From positions 124,001 to 188,000 of the forward strand of contig CBFDEM010000032.1 in NCBI GenBank assembly GCA_965603825.1: DNA of 64,000 nucleotides. Reading direction: 5' to 3'. The position numbers and the translations under genes are program-made. The stretch is from Blepharisma stoltei ATCC 30299. Its lineage: Eukaryota; Protista; Ciliophora. Below are positions 33,101 through 46,200 of the stretch, piece after piece (position 1 is the stretch's first letter; every line of letters starts with the position of its first letter). The notes beneath the pieces are model-generated. The model was not told where the DNA came from, searched no databases, and worked only from the letters and a program-made list of their open reading frames with translations.

Positions 33101-34428
33101 ATATTTTTCTGAGTTTTTCATTCTTGTATGCATCCTTCAAGTGTAAAAATTGCAGAGTTTGCCTTGGTCAGCTTTATTCTTGCAAGTCTTTCATCTTTTA
33201 TAGAATATGAACAATAATTCACCTCCCAAATTACTAGTAATTTATCTTTTATAAATTTTTTATGGCTTAGGCAAGCTATAAAATAATCAATCACCTGCAG
33301 CTTGTTTTCCAAATTTGCATCACATAAAAAGCGCCTTATAGATTGCTCAAATAAAAATTGGCTTTTAAAAGTAATTTTATGCGAATTAATAATGTTGGTT
33401 CTTTTGTTAACAATAAGCACATTGATCATGGCCATCACAGGCTGCATAAAGAAATTTAACATAAAAGCAATCCCTGCATCATCAGCTACAGTAGCTAATA
33501 AAACAGCTAAAAATGACAGAGTAACTGAAAAAATTTTGCAAAATTTAATACAGTTTTCTATTCTGTTATAATAAGGTAATTTTACTAAAAATTGCAAATA
33601 TACAAGAAGCGAGCAAATCATAAAGATAACTTGATATTTGGCAATCTTTAATTTCCCAAATAAGACATGTGATAAGCTTAAAATCGTCCTAAAAGCCAGT
33701 AGCTTTAAGTCAACTGAAGAATGTGATCTTGCAGTCAAATTTTTATCACAAAAAGTGTGCCGAACGTCCGCTGTAAATAATTCTCAAAAAACAGACACGA
33801 GAATTAAAAAGATAATGAAAAGCACGCTGAGGATTGCTCCTGAAGGCCCAAAATTTATTGATGAAGCATCTATATTGCTAGAAAATTCATCAATTTTATC
33901 ATAGCTAAAAGCTGAGTATTTAAAAATCATTGTAAGTTCAAGAATAGAAGGAATGTAAAGAACTGTCGCTAAGCATGAGATCAAAATTTTCAGAGTTCAT
34001 ATAAAAAGGGCTGGAATCCTAATTTTCGTGAAATCCAGAAGAAAAGTTATTAAAAGCATCCCACTGCAGTAACCAAAAATGGAAAAGGTGCCGTAAGAGC
34101 AATAATCCGTGATACTGGAAATAGCACAAAAATTGTTTATGTTGAAATAGCTTATAAACCACCAGAACGAAGAATAATGATCTCATCTGGAGATTTTCAT
34201 ATCCGGATATCATGCCAATGCATTCATTTGAAAGGCCACAATTGTATTAAGCATAGCTTCAACAATTATTTGTGACCTAATAAGGTAATGATTGGTGGAA
34301 TTTGATTTAAATATCTTTCCTAGCAGCTTTAAAATGCGAAGTTTTTGTCTTTCCCATTGTGATTTCAGAGGTTTCAGTTTTTTGATTTCAACATTATCTA
34401 AGATATCTTCATTTGGGTCTATCAGCAT
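30169..34428 (-). CDS. TmcB/TmcC-like multi-TM PAS protein, array copy 2 (~1414 aa)
   Basis: Start MLIDPNEDIL matches paralog starts; fragments in one frame with TGA=W; same motifs as copy 1. Confidence 0.85.
31714..31728 (-). other. 15-nt intron GTAATTTTTATATAG (copy 2)
   Basis: GT..AG, A at position 10, in-frame TAG. Confidence 0.9.
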
Positions 34429-35945
34429 TTTATTTATAATAAGCAACAGAGGTGTTTTTTTACAATTTATCAACCAAAACAATTAGCCATTAGTATAAAT
34501 TTATTATAATAAAACTACCTCGATAATACTTCGTAGTATGCTGACTAATATTTAAATGCCATTCATTCTATAACAGAAATTTAAAATCTGTGTAAAAATT
34601 TTAAAATCTGGAGTAAAATGAGCTATTATTGATATTTTGCTAATATTTTAAGTAAATTAATAAGTGCAAATTTCCTCAAACAAAGTTGAAATATTTTTAA
34701 AAACTTTTTTTTGAATAGATAAAATTAACATTAGTTTAAGAACAAATAGGATTAAAATGGATAGGTCTGACAACATTGAAACAGAACTTTAATATTTAAG
34801 ACGAGTCTGAGTATAAAATTCGTATGAAAATAGTTATGGACTTGTTTTTTTTTTTGGTTCATAATTTAAACATTAAAGATTGAAAGCTTCATGACATCTC
34901 TGATCGAAATCTGATTCTATGGAGTTTATGATGAAAAGATTGCTTAGATACCATTCTTCGTTCTGCAGGGCTCAGAGATTACCGCCCTTGCATGCTCATA
35001 TCCCAGAGGGATCCGGCAGGCACCCTTCCTTCCTCCATGAAAAGCCTTACATAATTAGATTAAACTTTCTGGCTCGAGAGTCCTTAGGGTCTCGATTCCC
35101 CAGGGTACAATTCTCAGTATTGCACAAGTCATATTCTGTCTTGCAGCCTATGAGAAATATAAATCGCTCTACTCTCCAAGTCTCTCTCTGACCATTTACT
35201 TTCCAAGAATCACCGGAGGTAAAACCCATGTCCCGGCTATAGCGCTCTGAATACAAGAAAAGTTCACGCCCAATATATATCAAGGGTACTGTAAGTACTT
35301 CTTAGCTTGGCTTCTGCACTTCGGTGTTCATTGCAGGTGCTTCGAAAATTGTGCCAAGAGATCGAATAGTGGTCTCCACCATCTTAATGATTATAAGTTT
35401 ATAGTAGAAAGCTGTGCAATGAACAGGCTTTATCATTTAGTCTTCTTTCAGAGAGTCTGGGTTGGAATATGATGGGTTGACTAAGTCTTTATAGTAGCAA
35501 TATTAAGTATCAATTTAGAACCTATTATTTTTATGAAGGTTTAAAGGGATTATAACGTCTTTAAAAGTTTTAAAATTTATTTTACTGTGTCTTTCAGATT
35601 GTTATAATAAACTTTTATTAAGTAAAGAACTTATTCAAAGGATTGAAGATATCTTGATCATAGGCTGCGCTTCACATTACTGGTATTTTAAATTCTCTCA
35701 TGCATAGGTATAACTTTAATTATACAAATTTAATATTAAATTAATAGCTTGACACTTTCAGAAATGCCCTGAATGCAAAATTTATAATAAAGACTAACTT
35801 CTGCTGATTAAAGTATATAAAGATTATGGCAAAGATGCTTTCTACTTTTAGTAAGTCATGATGATATAGAAATCTAAATAAAATGCAGAGCAATCATATT
35901 TTTATTGCCTAAAAGACACTCCATAATAGTTAATTATAATTAAAA

Positions 35946-38900
35946 TTAAAACCACTTTTCACCTTTAAGATCTACTCGGGAGCTTGGTATAATTGTTATT
36001 AGCACCTTCAGATTTTCTAGTACAGCCTTCTCAGTGTAAATGAAAGGAAGATAAAAGAATACAAAAAGCAAAACCAAAGCCGAAGAAAATATAACAGTCA
36101 CATAAATGAGTAAGTTTAGCTCATTTTTTATAATATCTTTCGTGTCTTGGTCTATGATATCATAGTCCGTCCACAATGCTTTTTGGATAGCCGTTCCATT
36201 TCCTATATAGTTTGAAAAATCAGAAATAACGGGCTGACCTACATTTGAAATAAACTTAGAATCTATATACATAATATTGCAAGCTGCATAAGTTCCTTGC
36301 TTCAAATAGTAACTTTCTGAATCTCAAGCTTCAAAAATTTTGTTTTTCATATCCTCTGCTAATAAGTTTAAGAATCTTTTCTCTCTTATCTTATTAATGG
36401 AAATTTTAAATTCAGCATTACTTATGGTGAACTCTTTTTGGGAGTTGGCAACCGCATATGAATTAGGAACCCACCTTAAAGTGCTATTAGAAGCGGTATC
36501 TCTTGCGAATACACTCATACGGGATAATAATGTTCGTTTTGATATAAGATTTAATAACAATTTGGGTCTATTTATTAGAAAAGTTTCACATCTATCGTAT
36601 AAATGAAATTTCAAGATGAAGTAATAGCTTGAGGCTATGACCAAAAATATGGATAGTCTTCATATATATTTTAAGTAAATTCTAGACCTTATTTCTTTAG
36701 TTGGCCTTTTACTTCTGCGGTGGTCTTGGTTTTGGTCTGACTCATAATCAACTCCGTGTATTTTCGAAAGCCTTTCGATATAAGTTGCTTTTAAATCAAG
36801 ATAAGATATCTTGAGCGTTTTTTTAATGAAATTTCAAAACCTATCATAATTTTTTGTCATATAAACAACGTAGGCAATAAGGATTCCGACGAATGTGGCT
36901 AAAAGCGCAAGTCCAATAAAAATTCATGATGTAATGGCATTTTCAATCCCTATAACCCTATTCACTTCGCAGTCCACCAATCCTTGCATAGCCTTGAGCG
37001 TGATTTCGAATGTTAACCCAAAACTATTTAGATTGAAAAATCTTGTATCGATATTTGAATAAGTTTCATTTGTTTCTATCATTTTTACTAAATTGTCTCC
37101 ATGCTTAATGAACAAGGTAACTTCATCATAAAAATTCAATTTTTCTATATGAGGATTTGGCTCAAAAATCCAAACAGGGATTTCTTCTTTTACAACTATA
37201 GAAGAACTATCACAATAGCTCCACTCATGATAGTCGGATAATATGAATTCTCTAAGCTTCTTTAACTCTCCAAGGGTATATTTAAGATACCCTACATCCC
37301 GAGTTTCATTATAAATTCCAAATCTTTTTGCTGAATCTATTGATCTTGTTAAATCAGCTGAATATACAAGATGGAACATTAGGTTTCCCATGTGAGAAAA
37401 TACGTCAAGAGAGCTTGAATGGGATGTCACCTGATAAATATATACAAGCACTGCTATATTTGCGCTGATAACGGCTAATATCTATATAAAAATTACACAT
37501 ATCAACAAAATTTGTTGAAAAAGTCTTAACTTTCTAGATAAAACGTCAATGCTTTTATTTGCAATAGCTAAATATGAATTACTAGTAGAAGAATTTTGAA
37601 GGTTGCTTCCTTGAAAATTTGAAGCTGACCTTTCTTCAGTATTGTCTAAGTGGCTTGGATTGTCTTTCATTGTTTCATCAAGAAGCCTATGTGATTCTGA
37701 ATCTTTGCTATCGCTTTTATCATTTTCTAATGATCTAAACGCTATAGCTTTTTCAAATCTCACATTCGGCGTGCTATCAGCGGCCTCCTGAGATAGCATT
37801 TCTTGGTTCATTTTTTCTTCTTTTTCGTCTTTTATATGGACTTTTTCAAAATATTCAATTTGATCGATATCTTGCCCATTTCTTCATAATTTTATCTCTT
37901 TTTCGTCATGAACAACTATGATCCTATGAATTGCAGTCAGTCCCACTTTTTTAATTGTATGAACTATTGCGAATTTTTTACCATTTTTCCTTATCAAAAT
38001 TGGCTCAAAAATTTTCAGAGATGTAATATCTAAACTAGGAATAATCTCAGATAAATAAACATTTTTTAAATTTGGCTGATTTGCCCCTATGAAATAGGAG
38101 AATAGCTCAGTGCTGCTATATATAAGGCCTTCCTCAGACACCAATGCAAATTGTCTATTAGTGATTCTTGGTATTAAGGTTACTAAAAAATAAGCATTAT
38201 TATGAAATGCGGTTAATTTGATCGAAAAGCCGCATTCAATTAAACTTCCAAGACTGTTTTGAAGGAAAAACCAGCCTTTATGGGCTAATTCTTCTGTTTT
38301 ATAGTTAATGAAATACTCTTTCATAATGGTATCATGATTATATGAATAAGGGTCAGGAATATAATAGCGCAAATGGCTTCCTATAACATCAGACATTGTT
38401 CCTTTCAATATCTGAGAAGCCTTTTCATTTGCATAAGTAATGAATCCGAATGAATCTTCATTAGCAGACACAAGCATAATCCCAGAGTTTTCTTCATTGG
38501 AACCAAATTTTGAGTCTAAGCTTGTTGAAAAGTTTAATTGCCGACTTATAGCACTTTTGAGTCTATAAATCACATTATTTTGATCATTTTCTCTCAAAAT
38601 ATTTTCTATAAAAGTTATATAAAGGTCATAAAGCTCAACATGCTTATACTTCAATATTAATTTCTCATAAAATTCTTTGGTGCTTGCCAAGAGACTAGAG
38701 CTTCTCATTGAAAGGTGATAAATTTTGCTATACTCTGGAACTTTATCTGAAAACTCAGACCATAAATCTATTAACTCAAAGCAGATTTCGCTATCCATTT
38801 GTCTCACTTTGTTTAAATCTTCTAAATATCTGATATAATGAGCATCCATAGACGTGTTATCTCTTTTATCAATAATTTTTTGTGTTTTTCATTCTTGAAC

Positions 38901-40199
38901 ATATCCTTCAAGTGTGGGTAAGACTGAGTTTATTTTGGTTAGTTTTATCCTTGCGAGTTTTTCATCCTTTATAGAAAATGAGCAAAAATTGACTTCTCAA
39001 ATAACTAACAGTTTATCCTTAGCCATTTTTTTATGGTTAAAGCATGCTATGAAATAATCTATCACATTCAGCTTATTTTCTAAATTTTTATCACAAAGTA
39101 AATGCCTTATAGTCTGTTCAAACCTATATTGATTTCTAAAATTTATTTTAGAGCAGCTGACAATACTTGCTCTTTTGCTAACGATTCATATATTTATAAC
39201 AGCCAGCACAGGTTGCATAAAAATATTAAGCATAAAAGCAATCCCTGCATCATCAAAAATAGTTGCGAGTAAAATAGCAACAAATGCCATTGAAATGGAA
39301 AATACTTTGCAAGTTTTTATGCAGTTCTCTATTTTGTTATAATAAGGCAATTTTGCTAAAAATTGTAAATAGATGCTAAATGAGCCAATCAAGAAGACTA
39401 TTTGATAATTATAGTGATTAAAACTTCCAAATAGCACATATGATATGCTTAATATAGTCCTAAATGCCAAAAGCTTTAAGTCAACTGAAGAATGGGCTCT
39501 TGCAGCCAAATTTTTGTCACAAAAAGTATGCCGAGTGTCTCCTGTAAATAATGTTCAAAACATAGACATTAGGAATAAGAAAATAATGAAAAATACACTA
39601 AAAAGTGCACCTGCAAGTCCATAATTCATTATAGAAGGATCTTTATTGTAAGAAAACTCATCAATTTCATCACAGATAAAAGTTGAGTATTTAAAAATCA
39701 TTGCAAGTTCAATCATTGAAGGAATAAATAAAACAGTTACTCAAGCCAGCAGCAAGGCCCTCAAAACCAATATAAAAAGTTTGGGGATTTTAAGCCGGGC
39801 GAAATCTAACAAAAAAATTATTAAAATTGTGAGGCTGCAGCAACCTAAGATGGAAAATGTTCCATATAAGCAATAGTCAGTAGTGCTTAAAATATCACAA
39901 AAATTGTTTATGTTGAAATAGGTTACGAACCACCAGAAAGCTGAATAACGATTCCATCTATTAATTTTCATATCTGGATATCATGTTAGTGCTATCATTT
40001 GGAATGCCACTATTGTATTAAGCAAACTTTCAAAAGTAATTTGTGACCTCATTTGGCTGTTTTTGGTATACTTTGGCTTAAATATTTTGCCAAATAGCTT
40101 GAAAATTTGGATTCTTTGCTTTTCGAGTTGCGATTTCTTAGGATTTAGTTTTCTTATCTCTGTGCTCTCGAAAATTTCTTCATTCAAGTCTAAAAGCAT
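35946..40199 (-). CDS. TmcB/TmcC-like multi-TM PAS protein, array copy 3 (~1412 aa)
   Basis: Start MLLDLNEEIF; fragments in one frame with TGA=W; collinear with the other copies. Confidence 0.85.
37482..37496 (-). other. 15-nt intron GTAATTTTTATATAG (copy 3)
   Basis: GT..AG, A at position 10, in-frame TAG. Confidence 0.9.
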
Positions 40200-40931
40200 T
40201 AGTTTTTAATAATCAACATGGTTGCTCTTTTTTACAATTCCAGTAAGAAATGCTTATTTTATTAACATTCAGTTTATTGGCAGAACCTTAACGTTTTTTT
40301 TTTGAATTATAAACTTTTTAAAGCTTCTGAATAAGAAAAATTAAAAGCATGATATTAAAAGAATACAATTGACTATTTTAATATTAAATCTGCTTAATCA
40401 TTCTTTTGAGCATGAGCTTATAATCACTAAAAAATATTTTAGGGTAAATTTATTATCAAAGAAAATAGCGAATATTATTCAAAAAAGCAATGCGAATTAT
40501 AGGGGTATGCCGAAAATGTCTTAGTGGAGCATTTTCATGCTATTTTATAATGTAATTTAAAATAGTTTCGTATAATTTGCTATTTTGTGCTTGGTATGAT
40601 AAGAGCCAGCTTATTTATTATGCAAGTTCAATTTTATTTATTTGAAAGTTTTGAATTAATTGCATGATATTAAAGTCTTGCTTAATTTAGCAACATCAAT
40701 TTAGCGAAAATAAAAAAGAGTCTGGCACTTATAATTTTGAACATTTATGCACTTGTAAAATTACTATAAAGAAATAGGATTTTCATTGTTTAGAGCTCAT
40801 TAAACTTTCCATTCTGCTAAATTTAATTCAATTTTCTTCGAAGAAATGAAAAACTAATTCATACTTTCAAGAGAGCGGTTCTAGCATTTAATGCAATCAG
40901 AGATTTATCAATTATAGTTAATTATAATAAT

Positions 40932-43900
40932 TTAAAGCCATTTCTCATCTTTCAAATCTACACGGGAACTTGGTATAATTGATACTAATACTTTTAGATT
41001 CGCCAAAGCAGCTTTTTCGCTATATATAAAAGGGAGATAAAAAAATATAAATAGCAAAACCAAAGCTGAAGAAAATAGCGCAGTCACCCAAATCAGCAAA
41101 TTTAGCTGATTACTAATAACATCTTTTGAATCTTTGTCTACTATATCATAATCGATTCCCAGCACTTCTTGCACAGCTGTTTCATTTCCAATATAATACC
41201 CAAATTGAATAACGTTAGCTGGTCCTGGCTCTGCAGTTGAGATAAATTTTGAATCAATATGCATGAGGTTGCATGCTGCATATGTTCCTTGCTGTATATG
41301 GCCATTATTTATATCTCAAATTTCAAAAATCCTTTTTTTCACGTCATCTGTCATTAAATTCAAAAATCTTTTTTCTCTGATTTGGGTATTAAGTACTTTA
41401 AATTTTGCATTACTTAATTTGAATTCAGTTTTCGAGTTTGCAACTGCATAAGACTTAGGAACCCATCTCAAAATGCTATTAGAAGCAATATCTCTTGCAA
41501 AAACACTCATGCGAGTCAGTTGTGTTCTTTTGGATATAAGATTTAGTAGAAGTCTTGGTCTGTTTATCAGATAATTTTCACATTGCTCGTATAAATGAAA
41601 TTTTAATATAAAAAAATAGCAAGAAGCTATAACTAAAAATATAGAAAGTCTTCATATGTATTTTAAATAAATACGAGTCTTTATTTGTTTAGACCGCCTT
41701 TTGCTTCGGCGGTGGTCTTGATTTTGGTCTGATTCATAGTCAATTCCATGTATTTTTGATAGTCTTTCAATATAGGTAGCTTTTAAATCAAGATATGATC
41801 GATGCAGTACTTTTTTGATGAAGTTTCAGAATTGATCATATTTCTTTGTCATATAAATCACATACCCAATTAGCATGGCCACAAACATCCCTAGTAGCCC
41901 AAGCCCAAAATATATTCACGACGCTATTTCGCTTTTAATATCAGTAACTCTTTGCACTTCACAATTCACCAAACCTTGCATCGCATTCTGAGTAATTTCG
42001 AATGTCAGTCCAAAGCAGTTTATACCAAAGAATTTAACATCAGTATTTGTATATGTAAGGTTTTTGCTTATCAAATTTATTAAATTGTCACCATGTTTTA
42101 TAAATAGGCCGACTTCATCATAAAAATTGAATTTTTCTATATGAACTGAAGGCTCAAATATCCAAACAGGAATTTCTTCCTTTACGACTATTGAAGAACT
42201 CTCACAATAGTTTCACTCATCATAGTCATCCAAAATATAATTCCTCAATTTTTTTAATTCGATTATTGTATCGTTGAGATATCCTAAATCTCTCGTTAAA
42301 TTGTAAATCCCAGATTTTTTTTCAGAATCTATAGATCTTGCTAAATCAGCTGTATATGCTAAATGGAACATTATGCTTCCCATATGAGAAAACACATTCA
42401 AGTGGTTGGAATGGGATGAGGCATCATATATATATGCAAGAACTGCTATATTTGAAGCGACTACTGCTGAAATCTATATAGAATTTACACAGAAAAACAG
42501 GATGCGCTGAAAAAGTTTCAGTTTTATTGTTATTGTTTCAATGCTTTTATTTGCAATGGCTAAATAAAAATTACAGGTTGAAGAGCTTGCCATGCTGCTT
42601 CCTTGTAAGTTTGATACTGATTTTTCTTCATTGTTATCTAAATGGTTTGAATTGTCTCTCATAGACTCATCAAGAAGCTCGCGGCATTCTGTATCTTTTT
42701 CTTCACTTTTATCATTATCTAGAGATCTAAATGCAATAGCTTTCTGAAATCTCACATTTGGAGAACTTTCCGGAACTTTTAAATAAGAATCATGATTTAA
42801 TTTTTCTTCTTCAGCTTCATCTACTTGTATTTTATCAAAATATTCAATTTGGTCTATTTCTTGGCCTTTTGTCCATAATTTTATTTCTTTTTCATCATGG
42901 GCAACAATAATTTTATGAATTTTTGTCTCTCCAAGTTCTTTTATAGTATGGATTGCTGCAAATTTTGGTCCTTTTTGCCGTATTAAGATTGGCTCAAAAA
43001 GAGCCATTGATGAGATGTCTAAGCCAGGCACTATATCAGAGATATAACAATTTTTAACACTTGATTTATCTGCTCCTATGTAATAAGAGAAAAGATCGGT
43101 GGTATTATATACAAGTCCCTCTTCAGAAATTAGAGCAAATTGCCTGTTCGTGATTCTTGGCGTTAAATTAACTACAAAGTAAGCATTGTTGTGAAAAGCT
43201 GTCAATTTTATTAGAAGACCGCACTCAATTAAATTTCCAAGTGAATTTTGGAGGAAAAACCATCCTTTATGTGTCACTTCTTCTGCTTTATATTTTATAC
43301 AATATTCTTTCATATAGCTATCATGGTTATATGAATAAGGATCTGGGACATAATAATGCAAATGGCTTCCTATTAAGTCAGACATTGTGCCTTTTAATAA
43401 TTGGGAAGTTTTTTCGTTTGCATATGTAATTATACCAAACGAGTCTTCGTTTGCAGATACAAGCATAATACCAGAGTTTTCTTCTAAACAAAATTTTGAG
43501 TCAAAAGCTGTTGAGTAGCTCATTTGTCGGCTAATACTGCTCTTCAGTCGATATATCATGCTAGTTTGGTCGGTTTCTCCTAAAACATTTTCAAGAAAAG
43601 TAATATAAAGGTCGTAAAGCTCAATGTGCTTGTATTTTAATATTAATTTTTCATATAATTCTTTCAGATTTGCTAATTGATAAGAACTTCTCATTGCAAG
43701 GTGATAGATTTTGCTATACTCTGGAATCTTATCTGAAAATTCTGATCATAAGTCAATTAATTCAAAACAAATTTCATTATCCATTTGCCTAGCTTTATTT
43801 AGATCTTCTAAGTATCGAATATAATGAGCATCTACTGACGATTTATCTTTGTTATCAATGTTTTTCTGTGTTTTTCATTCTTGGATGCACCCTTCAAGTG

Positions 43901-45185
43901 TAAAAACTGCTTTATTTATTTTAGTTAACTTTATCCTTGCAAGCCTTTCATCTCTTATAGAATAAGAACAAAAATTGACTTCCCAAATGATCAATAATTT
44001 ATCTTTAACTAGCTTTTTTATGTCAAGAATGGCTATGAAATAATCAATCACCTGCATTTTATTTTCTAAGTTTTTATCACATAGCAAGCGCCGTATAGTT
44101 TGCTCAAAACGATACTGATTTTTAAAATCTATTTTCGAATTGATAATAGAGCTAGTTCTCTTGCTTACGATCCAAATATTAATTACAATTGCCACAGGCT
44201 GCATAAAAAAATTTAGCATGAAGGCAATTCCCGCATCATCAATAATAGTAGCTAATAAAACTGCTAAAAATGCTAAAGAGACTGAAAAAATATTGCAAAA
44301 TTTTATGCAGTTTGCTATTTTGTTGAAATAAGGTAGCCTTGCTAAAAACTGTAAATAAATACACAATGAGCAAATTAAAAAAAATATCTGATATTTAACG
44401 ATTCCTAGATTTCCAAATAATACATATGACATGCTCAAAACAGTTTTGAATGCCAAAAGCATTAAGTCAACTGAGGAATGAGCTCTCGCAGTTATTTTTT
44501 TTTCACCAAAAGTATGCCGAATATCAGCAGAAAACAACTCCCAAAAAGCAGCCATAAAAAATAAGAAAATAATATAAAAAACACTTAGAAGCGTCCCGAA
44601 AGGTCCATAATTCATCGAAGAAGGATCTTTATAGTCAATTCACTCATCAATTTTATCACATTTAAAAGTTGAATATTTAAAAACCATAGTAAGCTCAAGA
44701 ACTGAAGGAATAAATAAAACTGTTACTCAAACTGATAGTAAGGATCTAAGAATTCATATAAAAAACTTTGGGGTTTTAATTTTTGTGAAACCTAAAAGAA
44801 AAATTATTAAAAGTGTCCCACTGCTGTAGCCTAAGATGGAAAATGTGCCGTAGAAGCAATAATCGGTAATGCTAGAAATTGCGCAAAAATTGTTTATGTC
44901 GAAATAACTAATAAATTTCCAGAATGATGAATAATGATCTCATTTGGCAATACCTATATCTGGATGCCATGCTAAGGCCATCATTTGAAAAGTTACAATG
45001 GCATTAATAGTGGCTTCCAACATAATTTGAGATCTTATTTGGTAATGATTCATGAATTTTGATTTGAATATCTTCCCAAACAACTTGAAAATTCTGAGTT
45101 TTTGTTTTTCAAGCTGGGATTTTTTAGATTTCAGTTTTCTGATGCCAGCGTTTTCGAATATCTCTTCGTTTAAATCTAATAGCAT
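40932..45185 (-). CDS. TmcB/TmcC-like multi-TM PAS protein, array copy 4 (~1412 aa)
   Basis: Start MLLDLNEEIF; fragments in one frame with TGA=W; PAS segment VPDPYSYNHDSYMKEY. Confidence 0.85.
42474..42488 (-). other. 15-nt intron GTAAATTCTATATAG (copy 4)
   Basis: GT..AG, A at position 10, in-frame TAG. Confidence 0.9.
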
Positions 45186-46200
45186 TTATATTATAATAAA
45201 GAATATGGGTTTTTTCTTTTTTATAATTTACTGGAAGAAACAATTATTCATTATTACAAAGCTAATGAATATTTCTTCCTTCGTAATGATTTTCTTTAGT
45301 GATCTACTCTTTAGATGCCATCGATTATATTATTAAAATAATAGTTATACATGAAATTTAAAATATCAGTAATGAAGCCAACTGAGGCTGCTGCTCTGCT
45401 ATTATTTATATATATATTAGTAACAATAATAGTTGAGAATAATAGGTAAAAAGAAATCAGTAAAAATAAAAATAAAATTCACTTGAGGAAATTATTAAAT
45501 TAAATTAAAATTATAAAAAAGGTGAAGAGATAAAATATTTATGATAATATCATCTAATTGAGATTTGAGCTACATAATTTATCTTATATTTTTACGGATA
45601 TAATAAAAAAATTGGATGATTTTATATTTTTATTAAAATTGTAAAAATTAAAAAGAAACAAGAAAAAACCAAGTGCTTGCTAAAGGTATTATAAAGCTGG
45701 TTTCATTGCGAATTATTTATGCTTAAAATACTTTGTACAGCTTATAATTAATTGGCAGAATTGCTAACAATTATTCGCTTGATGTTGATCAAATTTGCAG
45801 AGCATTGCTGAATATAGGATGAAGTTCGATACAACAACCATTGTTTCGAAAATGAGTCCGATCTTAGTTTGAAAGCGTATATGTAGAAGACTTATGGTGA
45901 AAATATAATCAAAAATCCCAGTTTTCAAGAAGCGAGCAATTCGAGAATTTACTGATTTTATATCTTAAATTAAGCTCGATTTATATTAATAAATTTTCTT
46001 AATAACTAGATATTTGTGTATATACTTGCTGGAGCTGCAAGGCACTCAGAGTCAGATATTTATAGCTTAAATTATGTTTTTAATTTAAATTGCAAGCTTA
46101 TTTTTATTTATTCAAAACTAAATAAATGCTCTTATTAAAAATTTTACGTTTATTAATAGCTCAATAAGATAATAAATATTTGTATGCTTTTTATAGACAA

